This document shows positions 37,137 to 47,371 of a stretch of 64,000 nt of DNA, in pieces; position 1 is the stretch's first letter, and each line of letters opens with the position of its first letter. The notes beneath the pieces are model-generated. The model did not search any database. It was given only the letters and a program-made list of their open reading frames with translations, and was not told the DNA's origin. Position numbers and translations under genes: made by a program. The DNA lies in NCBI GenBank assembly GCA_964611215.1, contig CAZSXF010000003.1:68911-132910 (forward strand), in the 5' to 3' direction. The stretch is from an uncultured Chlorobiaceae bacterium (GTDB lineage Bacteria > Bacteroidota > Chlorobiia > Chlorobiales > Chlorobiaceae).

Positions 37137-38525
37137 ATGGAGATGCTGTACGACGGACAGCGGCACGCAGGCCTGCAAGGCTGCTTTGCCGGCGGCAGGA
37201 CGAGGGCCGCCGCCTGGCGGCTTGCCCAGCTCGAAGGCCTCGAACGTTTCCTGCGGGAGTGCGAGCACGACATCGCGCGGGCGCTTGCCGCGGACCTCGG
37301 CAAGCCGGCGTCTGAAGCCTACCTGACGGAAACGGCCTGGTTGCTTTCCGAATCGCGGTATGCCAGGCGCCATCTCAAGGGATGGATGCGGCCCCGCCGC
37401 ATACCGGTTCCGTTCCATTACCTGCCTTGCCGGGCGCAGATCACCCGGGAGCCGCTTGGCGTGGTGCTGATTATGGCGGCCTGGAACTATCCGCTGCAAC
37501 TCTGCCTCGCACCGCTCATTGGTGCCTTGTCGGGCGGCAACTGCGCCGTCGTGAAACCTTCCGAGCTGGCACCGGAGACCTCGCACCTGCTCGCGGCCCG
37601 GCTGCCCGGGTACCTGGACCCGGAAGCCGTACAGGTGGTCGAGGGTGGGGCAGCGCAGGTTGCCGCCCTGTTCCGGCACCGGTTCGACCATCTCTTCTTT
37701 ACCGGAAGCCGCCAGAAAGGTCAGGAGGCCATGCTTGGCGCCGCCCGCCACCTGACGCCGGTAACGCTCGAACTCGGCGGCAAATGTCCCTGTATCGTGA
37801 CGGAGACGGCCAACCTGCCGGTTGCGGCACGGCGGATCGTCTGGGCGAAGTTCCTGAACGCGGGGCAGACCTGCATCTGCCCGGATTATCTCTTGGTACA
37901 TGCCGCCGTGGAAGCCCGGCTGCTTGCGCTCATGCGTGAAGCTTTACAGGAGTTCTACGGCGCCGATTCACGGGAAAGCCCGGATTATGCACGTATCGTC
38001 GATGAACGCAATTGCCGGAGGCTGGCAGGGTACTTCGCGGAAGGTGAGGTCGTTGTCGGCGGGCAGGTCGACGAAGCGTCAAGGTATGTCGCACCTACCA
38101 TCCTCAGGGGGATTTCCCCCGAGTCCGTACTTATGCGGGAGGAGCTGTTCGGCCCGGTGCTGCCGGTGCTTGCCGTCGGTTCGATGGCCGAGGCGGTTGC
38201 GGTTGTTCGTGCTATGCCGGAACCGCTTGCGGCCTACCTGTTTTCGGGTGACCCGGCTGATCTCGACCTGCTGCGGGAGCAGACCAGGAGCGGGGGTATC
38301 TGTTGCAACGATCTCTTGCTGCAGGCCTCGGTTCACGGTCTTCCGTTCGGGGGGAGGGGGCCGAGCGGTTTGGGTTCGTACCATGGCCATGCAGGCTTCG
38401 AGACCTTCACTCTGCCGAGGAGCCTCCTGGAGCGGACCGGCTTTCCGGACCCCTCGCTGCGCTATCCCCCGTACAGTGCAGGGAAGATGCGATTGTTGCG
38501 AATGATCCTCAACCTTTTTTCATGA
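37137..38525 (+). CDS. NAD(P)-dependent aldehyde dehydrogenase (class-3-like)
   Basis: ELGGKCP and GQTCICPDY (catalytic Cys) motifs and FTGS. ATG at 37137 preferred over TTG at 37122. Confidence 0.92.
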   Translation: MEMLYDGQRHAGLQGCFAGGRTRAAAWRLAQLEGLERFLRECEHDIARALAADLGKPASEAYLTETAWLLSESRYARRHLKGWMRPRRIPVPFHYLPCRAQITREPLGVVLIMAAWNYPLQLCLAPLIGALSGGNCAVVKPSELAPETSHLLAARLPGYLDPEAVQVVEGGAAQVAALFRHRFDHLFFTGSRQKGQEAMLGAARHLTPVTLELGGKCPCIVTETANLPVAARRIVWAKFLNAGQTCICPDYLLVHAAVEARLLALMREALQEFYGADSRESPDYARIVDERNCRRLAGYFAEGEVVVGGQVDEASRYVAPTILRGISPESVLMREELFGPVLPVLAVGSMAEAVAVVRAMPEPLAAYLFSGDPADLDLLREQTRSGGICCNDLLLQASVHGLPFGGRGPSGLGSYHGHAGFETFTLPRSLLERTGFPDPSLRYPPYSAGKMRLLRMILNLFS

Positions 38526-38528
38526 ACT

Positions 38529-39356
38529 ATGCAAGCACGCGGTAAGGATGGAACCGGTGTTGCCGAGGTCGGCACGCTTGGCGTCGCGTTCGGCGGCGGT
38601 GCGGTCCTTGGTGCGGCCCATATCGGAGCGATCAGGGCCATGCATGAGCTCGGGCTCAGGCCGGGATGCATTTCCGGCACCAGCATCGGCTCGTTCATTG
38701 CGGCGCTGTATGCCTTCGGCAAGAGCTGGGAGGAGATCAGGGATGTGGCCTTCGACCTCGACTGGTCTGACCTGTCCGGCCTGACGCTTTCGGAGTACGG
38801 ACTGCTCTCCAACCGGAAATTTGGCGCCATGGTCAACCGGCTGCTTGGTGCACGTCGTATCGAAACCGCACCGGTGCCGCTTGCCATCGTGGCGACCGAT
38901 GTCAGCAGCGGCAGCAAGGTGGTGTTTCGTGAAGGCGATGTCGCAACCGCCGTTATGGCAAGCTCTTCCATTCCGGGGATTTTCCGCCCGGTGGAGTATG
39001 GCGGGATGCTGCTGGTCGACGGCGTCCTGACCGAGAACGTTCCTGTTTCACCGCTCAGGACGATGGGGGCGACCAGGATTGTTTGCATCGACCTGCTCGG
39101 CCGTCACATTTTCAGGCGTCCGGAGCATATGGCGACGCTTTTGATGAATGCCTTTTACAGTGCCTTGCGGACCATTTCGGAGTTTCAGATTCGGGACGCC
39201 GACCTGGTGCTGGCACCGGATCTCGGCGGGTTCAGCCTGGTGGATATGTCGGCGGTGCCGCAGATTCTCCAGGCCGGATACGCCGAGGCGTATCCGCGCC
39301 TGCAGGCCTGGGCCGCAGCGGGATGTCCCTCGGGGTCGTGCGGGCTGTTGCTGTAA
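38529..39356 (+). CDS. patatin-like phospholipase
   Basis: Gly-rich GGGAVLGAAHIG, nucleophile GTSIGS (GxSxG), and the DG dyad element LLVDGV. Confidence 0.9.
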   Translation: MQARGKDGTGVAEVGTLGVAFGGGAVLGAAHIGAIRAMHELGLRPGCISGTSIGSFIAALYAFGKSWEEIRDVAFDLDWSDLSGLTLSEYGLLSNRKFGAMVNRLLGARRIETAPVPLAIVATDVSSGSKVVFREGDVATAVMASSSIPGIFRPVEYGGMLLVDGVLTENVPVSPLRTMGATRIVCIDLLGRHIFRRPEHMATLLMNAFYSALRTISEFQIRDADLVLAPDLGGFSLVDMSAVPQILQAGYAEAYPRLQAWAAAGCPSGSCGLLL

Positions 39357-39521
39357 GAACAGTGTATCCGGACGTGCGGCAATTTGTTGTGGAAATGTTA
39401 CCTTTGACAGTGCGAAATCTTTGTGGCAGCGCGCACAATGTCGGTTCCTGGTGAAAGGCCGGAACTGCCCCCCCACCTGTCAGGAAGTATGGCATTGATT
39501 CCCAGCAGTTGCAGATTTGAT

Positions 39522-40658
39522 ATGAAGATAGCCGTCTACGCGGGCACGTACGTCAAGGACAAGGATGGGGCCGTTCGTTCGATTTACCAGCTTGTCGCCT
39601 CCCTGCAGCAGGGTGGGCACCAGGTTGCCGTCTGGTCGCCGGATGTGTCGCCGTCACAGGATAATGCTGCTGTGCTGGTGCATCAGGTGCCGTCGATGCC
39701 GGTTCCCCTCTATCCCGCCTATCGCCTTGGTTTTTTCCGGCGCTCGATCAGCGATGAACTTGACCGGTTCGGTCCCGATCTCATTCACATTTCGACACCG
39801 GATATCGTCGGGAACCGTTTTCTCGGATACGGGCGGCAGAAAGGGATTCCTGTCGCTTCGGCTTTCCATACCGATTTTCCCTCTTACCTGAAGTACTACC
39901 GCCTCGGCTTTGCCGAGACGCTGATGTGGAATTACCTGATCCGGTTCTACAACGCCTGTGATATCGTTCTTGCGCCCAATGAAGTCACGCGCAGGAAGCT
40001 TGAGTCCAGGGGCATCCGTAACCTCGAACTCTGGTCGCGGGGGGTTGACCGGAAGTTGTTCACGCCGGAACGTCGTTCCGAAAAATTGCGGGGCAATTGG
40101 CGTGCAGAAGGTAAAACTGTGTTCATATACGCCGGAAGGTTCGTAATTTACAAGGATATCGATGTGGTCATGTCGTTGTATGACCGTTTTATGGACGGAG
40201 GCTATGGTGACAGGGTCAGGTTTGTCATGATTGGCTCGGGCCCGGAAGAAGCGCGGATGCGTGAACGAATGCCGGAGGCGGTGTTTACCGGGTACCTTAC
40301 CGGTGAACGCCTGCCGCAGGCCTATGCGAGCGGCGATGTGTTTCTGTTTCCGTCAACGACAGAAGCGTTTTGCAATGTCGCACTCGAAGCGCTTGCGTGC
40401 GGCCTGCCTTCGGTTGTTTCTGACGATGGCGGCTGCATGGAGCTCGTCCGGCGTTCCGGCGCGGGGTTTGTCTGTGCAGCAGGCGACATTGACAGTTTCT
40501 TTGAGGCATGCCGACGCCTGGAGGCCGATCCGGACTGCCATGCCGCGATGAAGGCTTCAGGGCTTTCGTTCGCCGAAGGCAAGACCTGGGCGAAGATCAA
40601 TCAGGAGCTGATTGACCGCTATGCCCGGATGTGCTCGTCACCGCCGGTCCGGAACTGA
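39522..40658 (+). CDS. GT4-family (GT-B) glycosyltransferase, SqdX-like
   Basis: MKIAVYAGTY... start. C-terminal EAFCNVALEALACGLP (E-x7-E region). ATG at 39522 preferred. Confidence 0.88.
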   Translation: MKIAVYAGTYVKDKDGAVRSIYQLVASLQQGGHQVAVWSPDVSPSQDNAAVLVHQVPSMPVPLYPAYRLGFFRRSISDELDRFGPDLIHISTPDIVGNRFLGYGRQKGIPVASAFHTDFPSYLKYYRLGFAETLMWNYLIRFYNACDIVLAPNEVTRRKLESRGIRNLELWSRGVDRKLFTPERRSEKLRGNWRAEGKTVFIYAGRFVIYKDIDVVMSLYDRFMDGGYGDRVRFVMIGSGPEEARMRERMPEAVFTGYLTGERLPQAYASGDVFLFPSTTEAFCNVALEALACGLPSVVSDDGGCMELVRRSGAGFVCAAGDIDSFFEACRRLEADPDCHAAMKASGLSFAEGKTWAKINQELIDRYARMCSSPPVRN

Positions 40659-40804
40659 ATCCGCCGTCTTGTTCCGCCAGCTGTCCCGGCCGAAGGTCCT
40701 GCTTCGTCGGTGTGCCTTGAGGGCAGTTCTTGTGGAACGTATCCCCGAAGGTATCGGAACCTCCGGGTGATTTCAGATAGGAAAACCCCATATTTCCTCA
40801 GGTT

Positions 40805-43714
40805 ATGTCAACATCGTCTCCGACCAGAGCGGAACTGCAACAGCGGATACGGGAGCTTGAATCGCTTCTGGATTCCTGTGGCCGCAAGGGGTGTCGCTCC
40901 GTCCCGGGTGAATCGTTGCTCTCCGGCCAGTACCCGGAATTGCCGTTCAGGGAGGCGATCAGCGTTCCTGAAGCCGCATCTTCGCCATTTCCATTCCTGA
41001 CATGCCAGGAGCTGTTTGCCGCAATTCTCGGCTGCAGCCAGAACATGGTTGTCGCCGTCGATCGCTCTGGACGGATCGTGTACATGAACCGCAACCTGCC
41101 GGTCGATCCTGAATACGGCAGCCGGGGCGGGTCGCTTCAGGAGCTGTTTCCGCCAAGGCAGCATGAGCTGTACGGCCAGGCGATCGCCTCGGTGTTCCTC
41201 AATGGGGATGTCTCGACCGTCGAGAGTTGCGTCCAGCAGCAGAACGGCGACGAACTGTGGCTGGAAACCCGCCTCAATCCGTGTTTCGTCGACGGCAAGG
41301 TCGTGCTTGTCATCCTGATCATCATGGATATCACGAAGCGGAAACGGATGGAGGAGGAGTTTCGTGCCTCCATTCACGAGCTTGAACGGTTCAACAGCCT
41401 GATGGTCGGGCGCGAAAAACGGACGATCGAGTTGAAGGAGGAGGTGAACCGCTTGTGCGCGGAGCTTGGCCGACCTCCTGTGCATCGTCTTCCCTCGGAA
41501 GATGTTCCGGAGATCGAGAAGTTCTTCTCGCTGAAATCGGCCACCGGAGGCCTGTTCTTTGCAGATGATTCTGAAGCCTTTTCCATGGGACTTCCGGCAG
41601 GCAATGCGCAGCGGGAAGCGTTGCTGAACCTGGTCGAGGATGCGAGTCAGGCGAGGAACGCGCTGATCGAGATGAACCTCCAGCTCGAAGAGTCCATCGG
41701 CATCGCACGGCTCATGGCCATGAAGGCGGAGGCGGCAAATACCGCCAAAGGCGAGTTCCTGGCCAATGTCAGCCATGAGATCAGGACCCCGATGAACGGC
41801 GTCATCGGCATGTCGGACCTTTTGCTTGAAACGCCGCTGACCGCCGAGCAGCGGAAGTATGTCGAAACGATCATTTCAAGCGGCAGGAACCTGTTGCGAC
41901 TGATCAACGATATCCTCGATTTTTCCAAGATCGAAGCCAACCGGCTGGATATGGAAAACATCGATTTCGATCTGCTTTCGCTGCTTGAAGACGTCACCGA
42001 AATGCTTGGTCTCGAAGCCCACGAGAAGGGCCTCGAACTGACGCTGTATCCCGAGATCAACCTTCCACGGCTGGTGACCGGTGATCCGTCAAGGATCAGG
42101 CAGGTGCTGATCAACCTGATCGGAAATGCCATCAAGTTCACCTCTTCCGGCGAGATCATCGTTCGCGCATCCGTCGAAAAGGATGTACCCGGCGAACTTT
42201 CGCTCTGTTTTTCGATTGCCGATACCGGCATCGGCATTCCGGAAGACCGGATCGAGTCCATTTTCGCCCCCTTTACCCAGGGGGATGGGTCGATGATCAG
42301 GAAGTACGGCGGTACGGGGCTCGGGCTTTCGATTTCAGCCCAGCTTGCAAGGAAGATGGGCGGTGGTATTACCGTCAGCAGCACGGTCGGGAAGGGCTCG
42401 ACCTTCCTGTTCCGCATACGGCTGGCCCGGCAGGCCGGTGCCGCTGCCGGGTCGTCCGACGGTGCGGCGTTCAGGCTCGACGGGCTTGCCATTCTTCTGG
42501 TCGACAGCAACGTCGTCCGACGGGCGATGCTCGTCGAGCTGCTTGCCTCCTGGGGGTGCCCGTGCCTTGCCTCCGGCGATGGTGAGGATGCCTTGCGCAG
42601 GCTGGATGCAGCAGGGAATTCAGGATTTGCCGTGCAGGTTGCCGTTATCGACGATTCGCTGGAAGGGATGCCGGCCATGGAGTTGTGCCGTAACCTTCTG
42701 GTGAAGCGTGCCGGGCAGGAGATGCGCATCATCGTGATGCGCGCGTTCGGACGGCGGGGTTCGGCGGCGGTCTCATTTGAACGGCTTGCCGACGTTTGCC
42801 TCAACAAGCCGTTGCGGCGCAAGGAGTTTTTCGGTGCGCTGACCGGTTCGGCGCAGCGCATGAAGGCCGTCATTGAGGACCATCCCGAGGCTCGGGGTGT
42901 ATCGGCCATTCCGGGTACGGCCCCATGTATTCTGGTCGTCGAAGACAGCATGGTCAACCAGCAGGTTGCGGTTTCCATGCTTCGCAAGATCGGCTATGAG
43001 CCGGAGGTTGCCTCCAACGGCATCGAAGCGCTTGACTTTCTTGGGCGGCATCCCTATGACCTGGTGTTCATGGATTGCCAGATGCCTGAGCTGGACGGCT
43101 ACGAAACGACCCGCCTGATCCGCAACGGCCAGGCCGGGGATGGCAACCGGGGGTTGCCGATTGTCGCCATGACTGCCAATGCGATGGTTGGTGACCGTGA
43201 ACGTTGCCTTGCCGCAGGCATGGATGACTATATCGCCAAGCCGGTGCGGAAGCAGGATTTTCTCCGGATGCTCGAAAAGTACCTGCAGCACCGGCTTGAG
43301 GTTTTCGGCGCGATGCCATCCGGCGGCGCATGCTGTGCTGTCGGTGCCGAAGAGGACGAGGTTTTTGACGAAAAAGGCATGCTGGCACGCCTTGACCAGG
43401 ATACCGAAATTGCCAGGGAGATCATCGGCCAGTTTGTCGTCGAGGCGCCGGAGCTGCTCGCCAACCTCAGCACTGCGGTGCAGAGCCGTGACGAGGCAGG
43501 CGTCAAGCTGATCGCCCACACCATCAAGGGTGCTGCGGCGACTATCGGCGCCATGCGGATGAGCCGCGTGGCAAGCATTGTCGAGCAGGCAATCAAGGAC
43601 GGGCTCGGCCTGGCGGGCGCCGAGTCCTCGATTCCGGCCATCGGTGAGCAATACCGCCGTCTTGTTCAGGAGTTGCTCAGACTCGGATGGGTGAGTCGGG
43701 AGCCGCAGGCATGA
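40805..43714 (+). CDS. cytoplasmic hybrid sensor histidine kinase (PAS - coiled coil - HisKA - HATPase - REC - REC - HPt)
   Basis: 969 aa. H-box [13 protein letters not shown] boxes ([26 protein letters not shown]), two receiver domains (..VIDDSL.., ..[15 protein letters not shown]) and the HPt motif [13 protein letters not shown]. No TM segment. Confidence 0.92.
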   Translation: MSTSSPTRAELQQRIRELESLLDSCGRKGCRSVPGESLLSGQYPELPFREAISVPEAASSPFPFLTCQELFAAILGCSQNMVVAVDRSGRIVYMNRNLPVDPEYGSRGGSLQELFPPRQHELYGQAIASVFLNGDVSTVESCVQQQNGDELWLETRLNPCFVDGKVVLVILIIMDITKRKRMEEEFRASIHELERFNSLMVGREKRTIELKEEVNRLCAELGRPPVHRLPSEDVPEIEKFFSLKSATGGLFFADDSEAFSMGLPAGNAQREALLNLVEDASQARNALIEMNLQLEESIGIARLMAMKAEAANTAKGEFLANVSHEIRTPMNGVIGMSDLLLETPLTAEQRKYVETIISSGRNLLRLINDILDFSKIEANRLDMENIDFDLLSLLEDVTEMLGLEAHEKGLELTLYPEINLPRLVTGDPSRIRQVLINLIGNAIKFTSSGEIIVRASVEKDVPGELSLCFSIADTGIGIPEDRIESIFAPFTQGDGSMIRKYGGTGLGLSISAQLARKMGGGITVSSTVGKGSTFLFRIRLARQAGAAAGSSDGAAFRLDGLAILLVDSNVVRRAMLVELLASWGCPCLASGDGEDALRRLDAAGNSGFAVQVAVIDDSLEGMPAMELCRNLLVKRAGQEMRIIVMRAFGRRGSAAVSFERLADVCLNKPLRRKEFFGALTGSAQRMKAVIEDHPEARGVSAIPGTAPCILVVEDSMVNQQVAVSMLRKIGYEPEVASNGIEALDFLGRHPYDLVFMDCQMPELDGYETTRLIRNGQAGDGNRGLPIVAMTANAMVGDRERCLAAGMDDYIAKPVRKQDFLRMLEKYLQHRLEVFGAMPSGGACCAVGAEEDEVFDEKGMLARLDQDTEIAREIIGQFVVEAPELLANLSTAVQSRDEAGVKLIAHTIKGAAATIGAMRMSRVASIVEQAIKDGLGLAGAESSIPAIGEQYRRLVQELLRLGWVSREPQA

Positions 43715-43750
43715 ACTGATGCCTTTCCGCAACAGGTTTCTGGAATAATT

Positions 43751-44383
43751 ATGCCACTTTTTGACGGATACGGGGTGCTTGTCGGCAGGGTGCTGAGCTA
43801 TACATGCAATGGTAACGGTGGCCGTCAGGCCGGGCGCTATTATCATTGCACCATCATGGTCAGCAGTTCCACCGGAGTCTACCGCTGCCCGGTCGACCTT
43901 GACAGCAAGGAGCAGAAGAACGGCATCGAATGGCGGATTGTCGAGCTTGGGGCATCGTCCAGCCATGCCCTTGCCTCACTGGCCGATGGCTGGCATCACC
44001 TGCCGAGCACGCCGGAGTCGGGTGCGCTTGACTACTGCCGGAGCCCGGAACTGGCGCCGGGTGCGCTCTGGCAACGGGGTACCAGCAGGAATGCATTCAT
44101 CGTGCTTTCGCCGCTGCTTCGGCAAAGCCGGCGCGTCTTCGTTTTCGGCGAACCGTTCCGTCGGGGCCGTGGGGTGCACAACATTCACCAGAACCAGGGT
44201 GATCCGGTAGCCAGCCATTGGGCGCTCGAGAATGGCCCATGGCAGGACGGTGCGGTCGTCGTTGAACGAGGCGACGGGAGCATGGCCGCATTTCTGTGCC
44301 GTTTCCGGAGCCAGGAGTGTGCTGCAGCTGCAGCATGCGAGTGCGGCGATGGGGTTGCCGCCAGTCACCAGGGTGCTGCCTGA
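43751..44383 (+). CDS. DUF2278 (YukJ-like) family protein
   Basis: 210 aa. MPLFDGYGVL.G, HYH-like core and VHNIHQNQGD resemble the YukJ family as I remember it. Confidence 0.7.
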   Translation: MPLFDGYGVLVGRVLSYTCNGNGGRQAGRYYHCTIMVSSSTGVYRCPVDLDSKEQKNGIEWRIVELGASSSHALASLADGWHHLPSTPESGALDYCRSPELAPGALWQRGTSRNAFIVLSPLLRQSRRVFVFGEPFRRGRGVHNIHQNQGDPVASHWALENGPWQDGAVVVERGDGSMAAFLCRFRSQECAAAAACECGDGVAASHQGAA

Positions 44384-44613
44384 CGCCATCGCGGTGCCCC
44401 GGGTGCGCATTCTCAGGAATTTTGCCTCAAGGAAAAAAGGGTTATCTTAACGGAATTTCCCGAATGGATAGCCGGTGCTTCCGGTCATGCGGACCGCAGG
44501 CAGAACCGGAGCCCCATGTCGGCCCATGCGGCCTGCGGGGCAGCCTTGAGCCGCCCACCCCCGGCTTCGTCGGCAGGCTGATCGCCGCACGACGATGGTT
44601 ATTCCGCAAAACG

Positions 44614-45372
44614 ATGCAGATGATGCAGCTATTGATGATGAAGAAACGCGCGGTCTCCGGGCTTTTGCTGTCGATGTTCCTGTTGCTGACCGCTCCTGTT
44701 GCGACGCGTTCGACCACCTTTTCCGATTATTCCGACCGGCGGCAGCTTGGCGTCCTGCTGCAGTCCCCCGACCTTGCAGGCGAGATTGATCCCCATGCCC
44801 TTGCCCTTGCCATGCAGGGCTACGCCAACCTGAAGCGCCAGGGCCTGTTGCGACGCGACGGCATCCTGACGCTGATCGATTTTGACAAGCCGTCGGTGAC
44901 TGAACGGCTCTACGTCATCGACGTCGTCAACGGTACCATTCTCCAGAGCGCCCTGGTTGCACACGGCAGGGGCAGCGGTGAGCTTATGGCCACCAGTTTT
45001 TCGAACGATCCCGGCTCCAACAAGAGCAGCCTCGGGTTCTACATCACCGATACCACCTACACCGGCAAGAACGGCTACTCGCTCGTGCTCAAGGGGCTTG
45101 ATCCGGGGATCAACGACAACGCCGAGATGCGTAACATCGTGATCCACGGGGCCGATTATGTTTCTTATGACTACATTGACCGTCACGGCAGGCTCGGCAG
45201 GAGCCAGGGTTGCCCGGCGATCTCCTTTTCCGGTTCCCAGCAGCTTATCGACCTGATCAAGGACGGTACCTGTCTGTTTATTTATTACAACACCCGTGAT
45301 TATGCTTCCCGGTCCGGCGTGCTCAATCCAGGTGCGGCATCGGTGAGCCGCCGCCCCGCCGGCCAGGCGTAA
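44614..45372 (+). CDS. L,D-transpeptidase catalytic-domain family protein (YkuD_2 type), secreted
   Basis: Signal peptide MKKRAVSGLLLSMFLLLTAPVA and the motif HGADYV...GRSQGCPA (catalytic Cys). ATG at 44614 preferred; the track start at 44296 is a false extension. Confidence 0.8.
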   Translation: MQMMQLLMMKKRAVSGLLLSMFLLLTAPVATRSTTFSDYSDRRQLGVLLQSPDLAGEIDPHALALAMQGYANLKRQGLLRRDGILTLIDFDKPSVTERLYVIDVVNGTILQSALVAHGRGSGELMATSFSNDPGSNKSSLGFYITDTTYTGKNGYSLVLKGLDPGINDNAEMRNIVIHGADYVSYDYIDRHGRLGRSQGCPAISFSGSQQLIDLIKDGTCLFIYYNTRDYASRSGVLNPGAASVSRRPAGQA

Positions 45373-45389
45373 TCAACATTATTGGACCA

Positions 45390-47228
45390 ATGTCCCCGAT
45401 CTACCTTCTCTGGTTTGCCTTTCTTCCCACCCTGCAGCCAACGCCGAAATTGCTTGCCGCCCGCGATACATCGCATTCGCGGGCTTCTTCGCGCCCGGTT
45501 CGCCAGGACCAGACCGTAGGCAGCTACCTCAACCAGTATATCGGGCGCCTGGAACGGATGAACGTCAGGGTGATAGGCCCAGACCGGGCAGGGCTCATCA
45601 GGCATCTCCGCCATTTCTACGACGCACTTGGCTACCGGCAGGCATGGACGAATCGCCAGGCCATAGGGCGGCTTATCCAGGTGATCGAGGATTCTGCAAA
45701 CGACGGCCTGTTGCCATCGGACTACCATATCGATGAAATCCGGCGCTATTACGAAAATCCGCCGGAGTCTCCGGCCCTCGCCGCACGTGCCGACCTCCTG
45801 ATGACCGATGCGGTCTTCACCCTCATGTCGCACATGCGCTCTGGAAAGGTGTATGCCCGGGCAATCGAATCGGACTGGAACATCGAGCCTGCGGTACCTG
45901 GAAGCAATTATGACCGTGAGCTCATGTCTGCGGTGATGGGAAGCCGTTTTCCGGAAATCATCAGCTCGCTCAGGCCCTCGTCGTCGGAATACACTCTGTT
46001 ACGCAAGGGGCTGGTCCGGATGCGTGAATTTGTGGCGGTGGGCGGATGGGAAAGTGTGCCGACAGGAAAGACGATAGACAAGATTGGTGTCGTGGATGAT
46101 CGCATTCCCGCCATTCGTCGCCGTTTGACGGTCACGGGTGAGTTTGTGCCCTCTGCAGCTCCGGCTGCCAGGGCGGACCGGCACGACGAGCCGAAAAAAG
46201 GTAAACACCGTGACGAGCAGGAGGTCGAAGACCAGGACGATGCCGAGGCACAGGATTCCACGGCATCGGCACCGGACTCGCTTATGGCGCCGATGCCCGA
46301 TACGGACCCGGAACTGACCTACGATCCCCAGCTGTTCAACGCGGTCAAACTGTTCCAGAAGCAGCACGGCCTTACGGCTGACGGTATCATCGGCAATGAA
46401 ACCATCAAGGCGATGAACGTGACGGCGGCCCAGCGGGTCGACCAGATACGGATCAACCTTGAACGATACCGCTGGTTCCTGAACAGCCGTCCGGCGACCT
46501 ATATCATGGTCAATATCCCTTCGTTCACCGTTGACCTGATGCAGAACGGCACCCGTCTCTGGCACTCCAGGGTCATCGTTGGCAAGCCGGATACGCCGAC
46601 GCCCGTGTTCCGTGCAGAGATGCAGTACATCATCCTCAATCCGCACTGGGTGATCCCGAACGGTGTGATCGTCAAGGACAATATCATCGCCTCCATTCTC
46701 AAGGACCGCTCCTATCTGCAGAAGAAGAACCTTGCGATCGTCGATAACGCAGGTCATAACGTCGCGCCCTCTTCGGTCGACTGGGCAAGGTACCTGAACG
46801 GAGGCTTTCCCTATCGCCTCGTACAGGATTCCGGTGACGAGGGGTCGCTGGGCAGGATCAAGTTCATGATGCCCAACCGATTTACCGTCTACATCCACGA
46901 TACACCCTCCAAGGAGCTTTTCGATCTGAGCAAAAGGACGTTCAGCCATGGGTGCGTCAGGGTGGAAAAACCGGTTGACCTTGCCGAAATCGTCCTGCAG
47001 AACCGTTCGAAGTGGAGCAAGAGCCGCATCCAGGCGGCGATTGATACCGACAAGACCAGGACGATCACCATGCCCAGAAGCATTCCGGTGCTCATCATGT
47101 ACCATACGGCATTCGCGAACGGGGATCGTGTGGAGTTCCGTAACGATGTCTATGACCGTGACGCGAGGTTGCTGCGCGTGCTGCAGACGCCGGCGAGCAG
47201 CCGGCTGGTCGAAGCGGCGACGCACTGA
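45390..47228 (+). CDS. murein L,D-transpeptidase (YcbB-like: PG-binding domain + YkuD domain)
   Basis: 612 aa. PG_binding_1-like LFNAVKLFQKQHGLTADGIIGNETIKAMN. YkuD motif YIHDTPSKELF...FSHGCVRV. Confidence 0.85.
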   Translation: MSPIYLLWFAFLPTLQPTPKLLAARDTSHSRASSRPVRQDQTVGSYLNQYIGRLERMNVRVIGPDRAGLIRHLRHFYDALGYRQAWTNRQAIGRLIQVIEDSANDGLLPSDYHIDEIRRYYENPPESPALAARADLLMTDAVFTLMSHMRSGKVYARAIESDWNIEPAVPGSNYDRELMSAVMGSRFPEIISSLRPSSSEYTLLRKGLVRMREFVAVGGWESVPTGKTIDKIGVVDDRIPAIRRRLTVTGEFVPSAAPAARADRHDEPKKGKHRDEQEVEDQDDAEAQDSTASAPDSLMAPMPDTDPELTYDPQLFNAVKLFQKQHGLTADGIIGNETIKAMNVTAAQRVDQIRINLERYRWFLNSRPATYIMVNIPSFTVDLMQNGTRLWHSRVIVGKPDTPTPVFRAEMQYIILNPHWVIPNGVIVKDNIIASILKDRSYLQKKNLAIVDNAGHNVAPSSVDWARYLNGGFPYRLVQDSGDEGSLGRIKFMMPNRFTVYIHDTPSKELFDLSKRTFSHGCVRVEKPVDLAEIVLQNRSKWSKSRIQAAIDTDKTRTITMPRSIPVLIMYHTAFANGDRVEFRNDVYDRDARLLRVLQTPASSRLVEAATH

Positions 47229-47314
47229 CCGGGCCGGACTTCGCGGTCTCCGTCGGTGCTCGTTCTTCTCCGCGACCGATGAATCAGCTGCCGGATCGTT
47301 TCCGACCCGTCATA

Positions 47315-47353
47315 CATGAAAAAACCCCCGGTCTGCCCGGGGGTTTTTTCATG
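47315..47353. terminator. bidirectional rho-independent terminator (catgAAAAAACCCCCGG tctgc CCGGGGGTTTTTTcatg)
   Basis: Near-perfect 17-bp palindrome with A6/T6 flanks, between the convergent ldt and metH genes. Confidence 0.9.
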
Positions 47354-47371
47354 TGCGTCCGTTCAGTGCGC

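Noticed and set aside
44296-44383. Cys/Ala-rich C-terminal tail of the DUF2278 protein, suspected to be a frameshift artefact.
   Set aside because: The family-like ...AAFLCRFRSQ... segment lies just before the tail and the ORF length (210 aa) is normal. No alternative frame continues with better composition.
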